In this document: positions 38,603 through 49,769 of the stretch, piece by piece
Layout: each line of letters begins with the position of its first letter
Position numbering within the stretch: position 1 is the first letter of the stretch
From: an uncultured Acidobacteriota bacterium
GTDB taxonomy: Bacteria > Acidobacteriota > Vicinamibacteria > Vicinamibacterales > 2-12-FULL-66-21
Reading direction: 5' to 3'
Assembly (NCBI GenBank): GCA_963820905.1
Contig: CAWGBU010000002.1
Span: forward strand, 366,144-430,143
DNA: 64,000 bases
Translations under genes and position numbers: made by a program
Notes under the pieces: model-generated
Told to the model about the DNA's origin: nothing
What the model saw: only the letters and a program-made list of their open reading frames with translations
Databases searched by the model: none

Positions 38603-40692
38603 TGGCGACACAAACCCGTTCACTCTGGGATCCGCAGATCGTGCAGCGCGCCGTAGGGGACGCGTTCCGAAAGCTCCACCCGCGCACGATGGCTCGAAAC
38701 CCGGTGATGTTCGTCGTGCTGGTCGGAAGCGTGCTGACGACGCTGCGCATGGCTCAGACCGTCGTCACCGGCAGCGGCAACATCCTCTTCGAGCTGCAGA
38801 TCACGTTCTGGCTGTGGCTGACGGTGCTGTTCGCCAACTTCGCGGAGGCGATGGCCGAGGGACGCGGCAAAGCGCAAGCCGACACGCTCCGGCGCGCCAG
38901 GACCGAAACGATGGCCAGGCGTGAGCGCGCCGGTGGCACGATTGAGACCGTTCCCGCACCGTCGCTGCGCAAGGGCGACATCGTTCGGGTCGACGCGGGC
39001 GAGGTCATCCCGGCCGACGGCGACGTCATCGAAGGCGTCGCCTCGGTGGACGAGAGCGCCATCACCGGCGAGTCGGCGCCCGTGATCCGCGAATCCGGCG
39101 GCGATCGCTCCGCGGTCACGGGCGGCACGAAAGTGCTGTCGGACTGGATCCGCGTCAAGGTGACGGTGAACCCGGGCGAAACCTTCCTGGATCGCATGAT
39201 CGCGCTGGTCGAGGGTGCCGAGCGGCAGAAAACGCCGAACGAGATCGCCCTCAACATCCTGCTCGCAGGGCTGACGATCGTCTTCCTGATCGCCGTCGTC
39301 ACGCTGCAGCCGTTTGCGATCTACTCGGGCGCTCCGCAATCGCTCTTCGTGCTGGTCTCGCTGCTCGTCTGCCTCATTCCCACGACGATCGGCGGCCTGC
39401 TGTCGGCGATCGGCATCGCGGGGATGGACCGGCTGGTGCAGCACAACGTGCTCGCCATGTCGGGACGAGCGGTCGAAGCCGCCGGAGACGTGCACACCCT
39501 GCTCCTCGACAAGACCGGCACGATCACGCTCGGGAATCGCCAGGCGACGGAGTTCATTCCCCTGTCCGGCGTTGGCGCAGAGACGCTGGCCGACGCGGCG
39601 CAGCTTGCCTCCTTGCCGGATGAGACGCCCGAGGGCCGGTCGATCGTAGTGTTGGCGAAGGAGAAGTACGGCCTCCGAGGCCGCGAGTTCTCACCGCAGC
39701 AGGCGATGTTCGTGCCCTTCACCGCGCAGACGCGAATGTCCGGGATCGATCTCGTGATCCAGCGCAGCGCCGTCGCCGCCGGTGGCGGCCGGTCCTACGG
39801 AGATTCGGATGTACGGGAGATCCGGAAGGGTGCCGCAGAGGCCATCGAGGCGTGGATCCTCTCGAAGGGCGGCAGTGTATCGGAGGAATTGACGGCCGTC
39901 GTGCAGCGTGTCGCTCGCGCCGGAGGAACGCCGCTGGTTGTGGCTGAAGGGCGTCGCGCGCTCGGCGTCATTCATCTCAAGGACATCGTCAAGGGCGGCA
40001 TCCGCGAGCGCTTCGCGCACCTGCGGGCGATGGGGATCAAGACCGTGATGATCACCGGCGACAACCCGCTGACCGCCGCCGCCATCGCGTCCGAGGCCGG
40101 GGTCGACGACTATCTCGCGCAGGCGACCCCGGAAGACAAGATGGCGCTGATCCGGCGTGAGCAGGCGGACGGAAAGCTGGTCGCCATGACCGGCGACGGC
40201 ACCAACGACGCGCCCGCTCTCGCTCAGGCAGATGTCGGCGTGGCGATGAACACCGGCACGCAGGCGGCCAAGGAAGCGGGCAACATGGTCGATCTCGACT
40301 CGAACCCGACCAAGCTGATCGAGGTCGTGGAGATCGGCAAACAGCTGCTCATCACGCGCGGTGCGTTGACGACGTTTTCGATCGCCAACGACGTCGCGAA
40401 GTACTTCGCGATCATTCCCGCGATGTTCCTGGCGACGTTTCCCATGCTGGGTGCGCTGAACATCATGGGGTTGCGGACGCCGGAATCGGCCATCCTGTCG
40501 GCCGTGATCTTCAACGCGCTCGTCATCGTCGCACTCGTGCCCCTCGCATTGCGCGGCATCTCGTACCGCCCCGAGGGAGCCGGTGCACTGCTGCGGCGCA
40601 ACCTCCTCATCTACGGCGTCGGTGGAATCATCGTCCCGTTCATCGGGATCAAGATCATCGACGTGGTCATCACCACGCTTCGACTCGCGTGA
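38602..40692 (+). CDS. kdpB: K+-transporting P-type ATPase subunit B
   Basis: ATG overlaps the kdpA stop. The DKTGTIT phosphorylation motif, TGDN and [11 protein letters not shown]-type ATPase motifs are present. Confidence 0.9.
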   Translation: MATQTRSLWDPQIVQRAVGDAFRKLHPRTMARNPVMFVVLVGSVLTTLRMAQTVVTGSGNILFELQITFWLWLTVLFANFAEAMAEGRGKAQADTLRRARTETMARRERAGGTIETVPAPSLRKGDIVRVDAGEVIPADGDVIEGVASVDESAITGESAPVIRESGGDRSAVTGGTKVLSDWIRVKVTVNPGETFLDRMIALVEGAERQKTPNEIALNILLAGLTIVFLIAVVTLQPFAIYSGAPQSLFVLVSLLVCLIPTTIGGLLSAIGIAGMDRLVQHNVLAMSGRAVEAAGDVHTLLLDKTGTITLGNRQATEFIPLSGVGAETLADAAQLASLPDETPEGRSIVVLAKEKYGLRGREFSPQQAMFVPFTAQTRMSGIDLVIQRSAVAAGGGRSYGDSDVREIRKGAAEAIEAWILSKGGSVSEELTAVVQRVARAGGTPLVVAEGRRALGVIHLKDIVKGGIRERFAHLRAMGIKTVMITGDNPLTAAAIASEAGVDDYLAQATPEDKMALIRREQADGKLVAMTGDGTNDAPALAQADVGVAMNTGTQAAKEAGNMVDLDSNPTKLIEVVEIGKQLLITRGALTTFSIANDVAKYFAIIPAMFLATFPMLGALNIMGLRTPESAILSAVIFNALVIVALVPLALRGISYRPEGAGALLRRNLLIYGVGGIIVPFIGIKIIDVVITTLRLA

Positions 40693-40723
40693 GGGCGGCC
40701 CGCGGCTTCAACTGGAGAACACC

Positions 40724-41314
40724 ATGAACGTCATGCGCAATATCGTCACCGCCGCACTGATGACCGTCGTCACCACGCTGCTGCTCGGGATCATCTACCC
40801 GCTCGCCATCACGGGAATCGCGCAGGTGCTGTTCCCGGACAAGGCGAACGGGCAACTGGTGGAGCACAACGGAAAAGTCGTCGCCTCCCGGATCATCGGA
40901 CAGGCGTTCTCCTCGCCCGGGTACTTCCGGTCGAGGCCATCGGCCGCAGGCACTGGCTACGACGCGGCGAACTCGGCGGGCACGCAGCTTGGTCCGACCA
41001 ACAAGAAGCTGGTCGACAACGTCAAGGCGAACGTCGAAACGGCGCGCACGGAGAATGCGACCGCACCGGTCCCCATCGACCTGGTCACCACTTCGGCGTC
41101 GGGGCTCGATCCTCACCTCTCCCCCGCGGCCGCGGACTTCCAGGTCGGACGCGTTGCCCGCGAGCGCGGGGTGTCGGAGTCGGATGTTCGCGCGCTCGTC
41201 GCGTCGCACACCGAAGGACGTCAGCTCGGCTTCCTCGGCGAACCGCGCGTCAAGGTGCTCGAGCTCAACCTCGCGCTCGACGCCGCCCATCCCATGAAGG
41301 CGCCGGGGAAGTAA
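40724..41314 (+). CDS. kdpC: K+-transporting ATPase subunit C
   Basis: MNVMRNIVTAALMTVVTTLLLGIIYPLAITGIAQVLFPDKANGQ... is the canonical KdpC N-terminus. 196 aa. Confidence 0.85.
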   Translation: MNVMRNIVTAALMTVVTTLLLGIIYPLAITGIAQVLFPDKANGQLVEHNGKVVASRIIGQAFSSPGYFRSRPSAAGTGYDAANSAGTQLGPTNKKLVDNVKANVETARTENATAPVPIDLVTTSASGLDPHLSPAAADFQVGRVARERGVSESDVRALVASHTEGRQLGFLGEPRVKVLELNLALDAAHPMKAPGK

Positions 41315-41353
41315 CCGGGTGGACCTATGTGTTCAATTTCTCCGACGATCGTG

Positions 41354-42247
41354 ATGCGGACACGGCATCGTGCTGCACGACGCCTGCCGCGCAGCCTGGT
41401 GGTCGTGGCCATCTCCGCCGCCGTGGTTTCGGCCTGCAATCGCCCGGCACAGCTCACCCAACTGGTCGAAGCACGGCGCGTGGCGTCTGCGCTTCACGTC
41501 CAATTCACGTACGCCGCGGATGCTGCGAACCGGGCGGTCATGGCCGATACCGACGATGCCTCGACGGCCGCGGCCAACGAGGCCCGGCAGGCTAGGCAAG
41601 CTGTCGAACGCCACGTCGAGACGCTTCGGCCCATGCTCGCGTCGCTTGGCTTCAACGACGACCTGAAGCACCTGGACGGGTTCACGTCGCGATTCGACGA
41701 GTACCGGAAGCTCGACGACGAGATCCTGTCATTGGCAGTCCAGAACACCAACCTCAAGGCGCAGCGCTTGTCGTTCGGTCCCGCGCAAGAGGCAGCGGTC
41801 GCCTTTCGCTCGTCGGTCGATGCGGCAGTCAGGAGCAGCACGGCCAAAGATCGCTGCGACGCGTTGACGATCGCGGCGCGAGCGAGTACCGCGCTCCTCG
41901 AAATGCAAGTAATGCAGGCGCCGCATATCGCTGAACCTGATGACGCGGTGATGACGCGTCTCGAAGGCCAGATGACCGCGGCGGCAGCGGTCGCCGGCAA
42001 GTCAGTCGACGAGCTGGGCCGTACCCTTCCGCCGGCCGCGCGCCCTCAGCTCGACGCGGCGCGCGCCGCGCTCTCGCGCTTCATGGCGATCCACGGCGAG
42101 ATCATCACGCTGTCCCGCCGCAACACCAACGTCCGTTCGCTCGCATTGTCGCTCGGCCGAAAACGGGTGCTGACGGCGGCATGTGAGGAGCTGTTGCAAA
42201 CCTTTGAAACCGCGCTCGCGGGGCATGCGTTCAACGCCACGCGCTAG
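41354..42247 (+). CDS. Hypothetical lipoprotein, mostly helical
   Basis: Lipobox-like AAVVSAC after a positively charged N-terminus. It lies 40 nt downstream of kdpC in the same orientation. No domain recognised. Confidence 0.4.
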   Translation: MRTRHRAARRLPRSLVVVAISAAVVSACNRPAQLTQLVEARRVASALHVQFTYAADAANRAVMADTDDASTAAANEARQARQAVERHVETLRPMLASLGFNDDLKHLDGFTSRFDEYRKLDDEILSLAVQNTNLKAQRLSFGPAQEAAVAFRSSVDAAVRSSTAKDRCDALTIAARASTALLEMQVMQAPHIAEPDDAVMTRLEGQMTAAAAVAGKSVDELGRTLPPAARPQLDAARAALSRFMAIHGEIITLSRRNTNVRSLALSLGRKRVLTAACEELLQTFETALAGHAFNATR

Positions 42248-42280
42248 TGGTCCTTCTTCAACGTGGACGGGCCACTAGGC

Positions 42281-43147
42281 CTACCACGGGGGCAGCGTCC
42301 GGAACAGGAACTCCTTGAGGAAGGCGTCTTCGGCTGCGAGAAGATCCGACGCGTTGCCGTGGAACTGGATCCGGCCCTCGTGCAGGACCATGAACTCGAC
42401 GTTCGGCGTTTCGCCCTTGTCGGCCTTCGCGATCCGGATCTTGCCGTCCGCGCGGATCGCGTTGTGCTCGGCGATGTAGTAGGCGTCTCGAATCTGGTGC
42501 GTCACGACGATCGACGTCGCACGCTGCAGGTCCCGCAGCTTGACGATCTCGTCGTCCACGCTCGTCGCGATGATCGGGTCGAGCCCCGTCGTCGGATCGT
42601 CGAACAGCAGGAGGCTCGGGTTCGATGCCACCGCGCGGGCGATGGCGACGCGCCGGCGCTGACCGCCCGACAGCGTCGACGGCATGCGGTCGATGAAGTC
42701 GGAGAGACCCACGAAGCCGAGGACCTCCTCCACTCGCGCGCGCACGTCGTCCATCGGCGTGTCGGTCTCCTCGTACAACCGGTACCCGACGTTCTCCGCG
42801 ACGGTCAGCGAGTCGAACAGCGCATTCTCCTGGAACATCATGCCGATGTCGGCGCGCACGCGGAGGAGATCCTGCTCGGGCATGTCGTCGATCCGCTGGC
42901 CGTTGACAACGATTTTTCCGGCATCAGGTCTCAACAGACCAAGAATCAGCTTGAGCACGAGGGATTTCCCGGCACCGCTCGGACCCAGGAACACCCGCAT
43001 CGCGCCCTTGGGCACGCTGAAGCTCAGGTCGCGGAGCACGACATGGTCGTCGAAGGCCAGCGATACGCCTTCGAAGACCACGGCGTCCGATGCAGCAGGT
43101 GTTTTTGGGCCCTCGATCTTCGCCGCGGACGGCGTCCGTTCCATCAC
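42281..43147 (-). CDS. ABC transporter ATP-binding protein, MlaF/Ttg2A-like
   Basis: Walker A GPSGAGKS, the signature LSGGQRRRVAIARA, and LLLFDDPTTGLD. Confidence 0.75.
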   Translation of the reverse strand: MMERTPSAAKIEGPKTPAASDAVVFEGVSLAFDDHVVLRDLSFSVPKGAMRVFLGPSGAGKSLVLKLILGLLRPDAGKIVVNGQRIDDMPEQDLLRVRADIGMMFQENALFDSLTVAENVGYRLYEETDTPMDDVRARVEEVLGFVGLSDFIDRMPSTLSGGQRRRVAIARAVASNPSLLLFDDPTTGLDPIIATSVDDEIVKLRDLQRATSIVVTHQIRDAYYIAEHNAIRADGKIRIAKADKGETPNVEFMVLHEGRIQFHGNASDLLAAEDAFLKEFLFRTLPPW

Positions 43148-43224
43148 ATCCTTGTATCACGCCCGGGGGCGGCGGATTACGCCGCATTCCCAGATCCGCC
43201 GAGAGCGGCTACGATTGACACAAC

Positions 43225-43728
43225 ATGGACGCCTCCATCTGCCCGCTCTGCGGGGAGCCGAACGGCTGCGCGATTGTCGAGGGCAAGTCGGAGTGCTGGT
43301 GCTTCACCGCCACCGTGCCGGAGGCCGTCGTCGCACGGGTTCCCGACGACGATCGCAATCGTCGATGCATCTGTCAGCGTTGTGCCGCGTCAGCGCCGAC
43401 GGCTGCCGATCGCACGGACGAGCAGACCGATCTTCCGATCGCCTGCGCGTTGACTCCGGATGACCTCCGCAGTCGACGCGAAGGCCTGCTGGCAGACCTG
43501 CTGCGCCAGGCCGAGAGTCAGGAGCGGCTGCCTGAGGGGATTCGCCTGCGGTTTGCCGCGTCGGCGGAGGTGCTCGCACTCATCGCGCGCGCCGTCGAAG
43601 CCGAGCGTCAGTGCTGCCGCTTCCTTCGCTTCGGGATCGTCGTCGAGCCCGCAGGCGGACCGATGTTCCTTGAAGTCAGCGGCGGGCCGGGCACCGGGGA
43701 TTTTCTGGACGCCCTCGTACAGCTGTAG
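43225..43728 (+). CDS. Cysteine-rich protein with an N-terminal CPxCG...CWC motif
   Basis: ICPLCGEPNGCAIVEGKSECWCF plus further cysteines (CICQRC, QCC). 167 aa. Confidence 0.45.
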   Translation: MDASICPLCGEPNGCAIVEGKSECWCFTATVPEAVVARVPDDDRNRRCICQRCAASAPTAADRTDEQTDLPIACALTPDDLRSRREGLLADLLRQAESQERLPEGIRLRFAASAEVLALIARAVEAERQCCRFLRFGIVVEPAGGPMFLEVSGGPGTGDFLDALVQL

Positions 43729-43774
43729 TGTCCGCCTTAGGCGGACTCAGTGTAGTCCGGGCCAAAACGGGCTG
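43723..43774. repeat. REP-like hairpin element (variant GTCCGCCTTAGGCGGAC) plus a second degenerate hairpin, between convergent genes
   Basis: ctgtagtgtccgccttaggcggac ... gtagtccgggccaaaacgggctg. Confidence 0.7.
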
Positions 43775-43809
43775 CTGAAAATCTCCCTGTGATGAAGGAA
43801 CGAAACGCG

Positions 43810-46524
43810 TCAGAACCGCGCGCCGGCGGCCGATGTCGCGGTCACTGCTGGCGGACCGTTGAACAGCGCGTTGAAGACCAGCTTGAACGTGCCGTGCGTC
43901 TGGTCGCGGTGCTGCGGACGGAAGCCGATCACGACCACTCGTCCCTCGCCGTGCGCGACCGAGACGGCGGCGGCCTTCTTCGCGATCACGCTTTCACCGA
44001 GCAACCATCCGCTCTGCAGAATCTCCCGCTCGGCGAAGGTCGCGAAGATCTCGACGTTGGGGCTCGACGTCGTGACCTCGTACGCCTGACTGCCGTCGAG
44101 GAAGAGCGCGTAGCCTTCGCGCGGCATGCCGAACGCGATCGGATGGCGGTTGTCGTACCGCACGCGCAGCGTCGAGCCGGGCGACCAGAACTGCGTGGAC
44201 GGGAGACCCGCGACGACGTTGCGGAGCGGAAGGCCGAAGCGCTGAATCGGGAGCTCGGCCGACTGGCCGAACGTGACGAGGGTACCGCCCTTCTGGACGA
44301 ATGCCTGCAGCACCTTGACGCCGTCGGCGCCGAACCCGCTGCGGTATTCCGGCGGCGTGCCGCCGCCCTGCCGCCCGCCCGCGCCCGCCGGCGCCTCGCC
44401 ACCGCCGCCGCCACGGCCACCACCGCGCCCGCCGCGGCCGCCGCCCGCGCCCTCGGCGACAGGCTCGCCCGTCATCGCGTTCATCGAGTCAGCCGGAAGG
44501 ATGATCACGTCGAACGTGCTGTTCAGATCGCCCTTGCCAATCTCGGCGTCCATCAGCGGCTTCACGGGAATGTTGAACTGCTCGAACATCAGGCGCGACC
44601 AGCCTTCGTCCATGTTGCCGCCGCCGTATCGCTGATACATCGCGATGCGCGGCTTGCGCAGCGCGTACGCGGCCGCGGGCACCGCTGACGGCGCCGCGTT
44701 GAAGTCGACGCCGGTCTGCTTCGCCACGTCGTTCACGGCCGCGCCGGAAGCGGCGGCTACGACGAAGTCGCCCGGCGTGAAGCCGTCTCCCGACGGCACG
44801 CGGCGCACGGCGACCCCCTTCTCGAGCAGGAGTGTGACCGCGCGGAACGCGTCGTTCTGCTTCGTGCTGATCACGTAGCCGTTCGGCGCGTTCGCCGCCA
44901 CGGCTCCCGGCGGCCACGTCGTCGTCGTCACCTTCGCCAGTCCCTGGGTGACGGGCTCCCCCAGCGGATCGCACCGGACGCCCATGAACTCGGCGAACGT
45001 GTCGGTCGCCATGTCGTACGGGCGGATCGGATTGCCCTGCCGGTCGCGCGTGTACGTGTTGTCGGGATAGAAAGTGCGGCCGAGCATCCACCGCACGAGG
45101 CCGGACTTCGGCTGCGCCATCGTGACGACGTAGGAGCCGGGCGCGTAGACGCGGCCGTCGATCGTCATCTGGGCGGTGACCTGCTGCACCTCGACGCCCG
45201 AGTTGAGGAGCATGTTGACGAGCTTGCGCGCCGTCAGCGGATCGTGCTGCGGCATCGCGATCGCGTACGCCTTGACGTCGCCCTTCCCGCCGCGCTCGGT
45301 CTGGCGCGTTCCCTTGAGATACATGTTCCAGAGGACCACCTCGCGGTTGCGCGCCGCGAGATCGACCGTCGCCCACGCGGCGATCTTCTGCTGCTCGACG
45401 ATGTCGCGGACGCGCCACCAGCCGCCGGGCCACAGGCTCGGCATGTTGGTCTGCGTCTCGTACTCCGGGAGGTTCCGCGGGCCGCCGCGCAGGGAATCGG
45501 GATGGATGTACAACGGGGTCGCGAGCCGCGCGCTCGCCGATTCGGTCAGCATTCCCGCGATGTTGTGGAACGGCGTGATCCAGTGGAAGCCCATGTGGCC
45601 CCAGCCGGAGTAGATCGCGTTGCCGATGACGCCCGTCTTGCCGGCAGCCTCCAGCTTGGTCCCCATGTGCGCGCCCCACCACGCCATCTCGCGCCAGACC
45701 AGCGGATCGCCGTCGGGGCGGATCGGCTCGGCGTACGGCGGGATGTAGAGGCGGGCGTTGCCGCTACCCATCTGGTGATGGTCGACGTACGCCTGCGGCA
45801 TCCAATCCCGGTACATGAGCTTCGCGAGGTTCTGCGACTCCGGCAGATTCAGCGCGAACCCGTCGCGGTTGTTGTCGTGCCCGGAGTACTTCTGGTACAG
45901 CCACGGGAGCCCCGCGGCTTCGTACGGCGTGCCGACGTACTTCATGTACCAGTCGGCGATCATCTGCGTCCCGTCGGGGTTGATCGACGGCACCACGATG
46001 CTGATCACGTTGTCGAGCATCCGCTGCGACTCTTCGTCCGTGCGCGAGACGCTGTCGTAGACGTACTCGGCGGCCGTCTGCGACGCGGCCACCTCGCTCG
46101 AGTGCAGGGCGAAGCTCTGGATGACGACCGCGCGCGCTTCGGCGACGATCTTCTGCGCCTCGGCCTCGGACAGGCCGCGGGGATCGGCGAGCCGCGCGTT
46201 CAGCTGGCGCAGCCGATCGAGCTTCGCGAGGTTCGCCGGCGACGAGATGAAGAGCGCGATGTAGGGCTTGCCCTCGCTCGACTTGCCGAGCTCGACGAGC
46301 CGCAGGTTCTTCGCCGTCTTCGCGAGCGCCTGGTAGTACTCGACGAGCTTGTCCCAGTTGGCGAGCTTGCGATCCTCGCCCATTCGATAGCCGAAGAACT
46401 GCTCCGGCGACGGCAGATCGGACGTGCGCGCCGTCTGCGCTCGGGTGCTCAGCGGGCTGGCCGAGCTGATCAGGAGCAGCACGAGCAGCGCCCGTGCCAC
46501 GCGCGACGAGGTCCGGGCGATCAT
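43810..46524 (-). CDS. Secreted M14-family zinc carboxypeptidase-like protein with an internal Gly/Arg-rich linker
   Basis: Signal peptide. HSSE (the HxxE zinc ligand), NPDG, HDNNRD. A long GGGRGGRGGGRGGGGG low-complexity segment. 904 aa. Its ATG overlaps the ku stop (ATGA). Confidence 0.75.
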   Translation of the reverse strand: MIARTSSRVARALLVLLLISSASPLSTRAQTARTSDLPSPEQFFGYRMGEDRKLANWDKLVEYYQALAKTAKNLRLVELGKSSEGKPYIALFISSPANLAKLDRLRQLNARLADPRGLSEAEAQKIVAEARAVVIQSFALHSSEVAASQTAAEYVYDSVSRTDEESQRMLDNVISIVVPSINPDGTQMIADWYMKYVGTPYEAAGLPWLYQKYSGHDNNRDGFALNLPESQNLAKLMYRDWMPQAYVDHHQMGSGNARLYIPPYAEPIRPDGDPLVWREMAWWGAHMGTKLEAAGKTGVIGNAIYSGWGHMGFHWITPFHNIAGMLTESASARLATPLYIHPDSLRGGPRNLPEYETQTNMPSLWPGGWWRVRDIVEQQKIAAWATVDLAARNREVVLWNMYLKGTRQTERGGKGDVKAYAIAMPQHDPLTARKLVNMLLNSGVEVQQVTAQMTIDGRVYAPGSYVVTMAQPKSGLVRWMLGRTFYPDNTYTRDRQGNPIRPYDMATDTFAEFMGVRCDPLGEPVTQGLAKVTTTTWPPGAVAANAPNGYVISTKQNDAFRAVTLLLEKGVAVRRVPSGDGFTPGDFVVAAASGAAVNDVAKQTGVDFNAAPSAVPAAAYALRKPRIAMYQRYGGGNMDEGWSRLMFEQFNIPVKPLMDAEIGKGDLNSTFDVIILPADSMNAMTGEPVAEGAGGGRGGRGGGRGGGGGEAPAGAGGRQGGGTPPEYRSGFGADGVKVLQAFVQKGGTLVTFGQSAELPIQRFGLPLRNVVAGLPSTQFWSPGSTLRVRYDNRHPIAFGMPREGYALFLDGSQAYEVTTSSPNVEIFATFAEREILQSGWLLGESVIAKKAAAVSVAHGEGRVVVIGFRPQHRDQTHGTFKLVFNALFNGPPAVTATSAAGARF

Positions 46525-47378
46525 CGCGCCGCCCGCCGCCGCGCGGCCGGTGCCGCCTTCGCTGGTTTCTCGATGACCGCTTTCGCTGCCTTCTTCTTCC
46601 CGGTGCTGACGCGATCGAGACTCTGCCTCAGCGCGTCCATGAGGTTGACGACCTTCGGCGGCGCCTCTTCCTCGGTCGCGACCACTTCTTCACCAGCGAC
46701 CTTCGCGTCGATGATCCGCTGCAGCTCTTCCTGGTACTTGTCGATGTAGTCCTCGAGGTTGAGCGCCGACTCGAAGTTGCCGATCACCTGCTTCGCCAGC
46801 TTGATCTCATCGGGCTTGACCTTCGACGGCACTTCCTCGAGCTCCTCGATGTTGTCCATGCTGCGGACTTCCTTGGCGTGCCGCATGGTGTACATGACGA
46901 GGCCCTTCTCGCGCGCCTGCACGGCCACGAGGTACTCGCGTCCGTAGAGCGCGAGCTTGCCGATGCCGGCCTTGCCCTTCATCCCCTCGCGCATGACCGC
47001 GAACGCCTCGCGCGCCATCGCGCCATCCGGGGCGAGGTAGTACGGCTTCTCGACGTAGATCGGATCGATCGCGGCGGCGTCGGTGAACTGGACGAGATCG
47101 ATCACGCGCGTCGACTCAGGACGCACCTTGGCCATGTCGTCGTCAGTCATGACGACGTAGCGGCCCTTCTCGAACTCGTAGCCTTTCGCGATCTCGGAGA
47201 TCGGAATCTCACGCTCGCACTTCGGGCACCAGCGCTTCTGCTGGATGCGTGTCTGACACTCGGCGTGCAGCTGGTTGAAGCTGATGGTGGCCGCGGCGTC
47301 CGTCGCTGGAAACACGCGTACGGGAATATTCACCAGGCTGATCTTGAGAAAACCCTTCCACGTCGGACGAGCCGGCAT
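46521..47378 (-). CDS. ku: Ku protein (NHEJ DNA end-binding)
   Basis: MPARPTWKGFLKISLVNIPVRVFPAT... is the canonical bacterial Ku N-terminus. A Lys/Ala-rich C-terminal tail follows. The start was chosen at M19 of the listed ORF. Confidence 0.85.
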   Translation of the reverse strand: MPARPTWKGFLKISLVNIPVRVFPATDAAATISFNQLHAECQTRIQQKRWCPKCEREIPISEIAKGYEFEKGRYVVMTDDDMAKVRPESTRVIDLVQFTDAAAIDPIYVEKPYYLAPDGAMAREAFAVMREGMKGKAGIGKLALYGREYLVAVQAREKGLVMYTMRHAKEVRSMDNIEELEEVPSKVKPDEIKLAKQVIGNFESALNLEDYIDKYQEELQRIIDAKVAGEEVVATEEEAPPKVVNLMDALRQSLDRVSTGKKKAAKAVIEKPAKAAPAARRRAAR

Positions 47379-47736
47379 CGGTGCGCTCCTGTCTGGGCTG
47401 AATTTTGCCCCATGATTATCGACGTTTTCCACCGGGTCCGTATCGCTGCACGAAACTGCACGGGCCGCCCTGCGAAGCTGAGCCGGTAGCCCTTACGTCC
47501 CGCGATCCGATTGAAAACAGTGCCCTTCCGTCACGATTATGACGCCGGGCAGACTCTGACGTATTCCGAAAGGGAGTTGATTAATGCGGCCACTTGGTTG
47601 AAGATGGACGCAGTCGATTGCCGAGTATTCGGAGATTGGGTCAGATGTGGAATCAGGGCACCCTCCTCCCGCCCTGCCCGCGGTCGTCAGTCTCCGAATA
47701 CTCGGCAACCGACCCTTCCTTTTCCTCTTCCTCTGA

Positions 47737-49743
47737 ATGATCTGGCGCGAGAAGCCAGGCGCCGCGCGGCCCATGCTGGCCACGCTCGCCGATCCACCGC
47801 TCACCGGCAGGAACCTCGTGTACGAGCCGAAGTACGACGGCATCCGCGCGATCGCGGAGCTGACGCCGTCGCGCGGCCGCGTCGCCGTGCACTTGTGGTC
47901 GCGGCTCGGCAACGAGAAGACGTCGCAGTTTCCCTCGATCGTATCGGCGCTCGAACACTTCGGCGCCGCGGCCAGGCGGCCGCTCGTCGTCGACGGCGAG
48001 ATCGTCGCGCTCGATCGCGAGGGCCGGCCGATGGGCTTCCAGCGGCTGCAGGGACGCATCCACCTCTCCGGCGCGAAGGACGTGCAACGCATCGATCGCG
48101 AGCAGCCGGTGGCGTACATCGCGTTCGACCTGCTGCGCGACGGCGACGAGGATCTCCGTGGCCTGCCGCTCACCGAACGCCGCGAGCGGCTCGATGAACT
48201 GTTCCAGCTGAAACACCCGGAGACTCTGCGCACCAGCGAACAGGCTATCAACGACGGCCGCGCGCTGCACTCGCGCGCCAGCCGCGAAGGGTGGGAGGGC
48301 CTCATCGTCAAGGATGCGAGCGCGCCCTATCAGTCGGGCCGGCGCAGCCCCGCCTGGCGCAAGCTCAAGCTCGTCCAGCAGCAGGAGTTCGTCGTCGGCG
48401 GCTGGACGGAGCCGCGGCAGACGCGTCAGCACTTCGGCGCGCTGCTGCTGGGCGTGCACGACGACGGGAAAAAGGGCCTGACGTACGTCGGGCATACGGG
48501 CACCGGGTTCGACGAGCGCGAGCTCGCCCGCGTCTCGAAGCTATTGAGGCCGCGGGAGACGCGCACGTCGCCGTTCAACGCGCCCATCAAGACGAACGAG
48601 CCCGCGCACTGGGTGAAGCCGGAGCTCGTCGCGCAGGTGCGCTTCACCGAATGGACCGACGATCGCAAGCTGCGTCATCCGGTCTACCTGGGGCTGCGGG
48701 ACGACAAGATGGCCAAACAGGTCGTACGGGAAGAACCGCCGGCGCCGCGCCGCGCGACATCGAAAACGCTCGACACATCGCACGTCGTCGAGCAGCTCCG
48801 CGCGCTCGAGGACGCGCGCAAGGACGGCACGATCGCGCTGCCCGACGGCACGCGCATCGGCGTCACCAACCTTGCGAAGCTCTTCTGGCCGAAGCTGAAG
48901 ATCACCAAGGGCGACCTGCTCCGGTACTACGCGACCGTCGCGCCGCTCATCCTGCCGGTCGTCGCCGATCGCCCGCTCGTCATGAAGCGGTTTCCGCACG
49001 GCGTCGACGGTGCGGCGTTCTATCAGCAGAAGAAGCAGAAGGAGCAGCCGCCGGAGGGGGTACGCGTCGAGGTACTGCCCGACGATCTCGATCCGATGTC
49101 GGAGCCGGGGGCGCAGCGCCTGATCGGGGGCAACCTCATCACGCTGCTGTACATGACGCAGCTCGCGGCGATCTCGCAGGACCCCTGGTTCTCGCGCGTT
49201 CAGTCGCCGCTCGACGCCGACTACGTCGCGCTCGACCTCGATCCCGACGACCACGCGCCGTTCTCGCGCGTGCTCGACGTGGCGCGATGGGTGCGCGACG
49301 AGCTGGAGTCGTTGAAGGTCACCGCCGTGCCGAAGACGTCGGGATCGAGCGGGCTCCACGTGTACGTGCCGCTGCCGCCGGGCACGTCGTACGAGTCGGG
49401 CCAGCTCTTCTGCCAGATCATCGCGACGGTCGTCGCGGCAAAGCATCCGAAGGCCGCGACCGTGGAGCGCAAGGTGAAGGCGCGTCCGCGCGGGACCGTC
49501 TACGTCGACTTCCTCCAGAACATCCTCGGCAAGACGCTCGCGACGGCGTACAGCGCGCGCGCCAGCGACTACGCCGGCGTCGCGACGCCGCTCGCGTGGA
49601 AGGAGATCGACGAGGGCATCGATCCGCGCGACTTCACGATCCTGACGGCGCCCGCGCGCTTTCGCGAGGTCGGCGATCTCTGGGCGCGTCTCCGCACGGG
49701 AAAGCCAGCCAATCTCGAGGCCGTCTTCAAGAAGTACTCGTGA
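47737..49743 (+). CDS. ligD: ATP-dependent DNA ligase LigD (ligase domain plus polymerase/primase domain; no phosphoesterase domain)
   Basis: Ligase motif [10 protein letters not shown] and an OB domain. The C-terminal LigD-Pol region ([14 protein letters not shown]...[12 protein letters not shown]). 668 aa. Confidence 0.85.
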   Translation: MIWREKPGAARPMLATLADPPLTGRNLVYEPKYDGIRAIAELTPSRGRVAVHLWSRLGNEKTSQFPSIVSALEHFGAAARRPLVVDGEIVALDREGRPMGFQRLQGRIHLSGAKDVQRIDREQPVAYIAFDLLRDGDEDLRGLPLTERRERLDELFQLKHPETLRTSEQAINDGRALHSRASREGWEGLIVKDASAPYQSGRRSPAWRKLKLVQQQEFVVGGWTEPRQTRQHFGALLLGVHDDGKKGLTYVGHTGTGFDERELARVSKLLRPRETRTSPFNAPIKTNEPAHWVKPELVAQVRFTEWTDDRKLRHPVYLGLRDDKMAKQVVREEPPAPRRATSKTLDTSHVVEQLRALEDARKDGTIALPDGTRIGVTNLAKLFWPKLKITKGDLLRYYATVAPLILPVVADRPLVMKRFPHGVDGAAFYQQKKQKEQPPEGVRVEVLPDDLDPMSEPGAQRLIGGNLITLLYMTQLAAISQDPWFSRVQSPLDADYVALDLDPDDHAPFSRVLDVARWVRDELESLKVTAVPKTSGSSGLHVYVPLPPGTSYESGQLFCQIIATVVAAKHPKAATVERKVKARPRGTVYVDFLQNILGKTLATAYSARASDYAGVATPLAWKEIDEGIDPRDFTILTAPARFREVGDLWARLRTGKPANLEAVFKKYS

Positions 49744-49769
49744 GGGGGCTGCGGTATGATCGCGAGGAG

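Noticed and set aside
36728-38623. 631-aa minus-strand ORF antisense to kdpA
   Set aside because: kdpA on the plus strand is unambiguous; the antisense ORF is a GC artefact.
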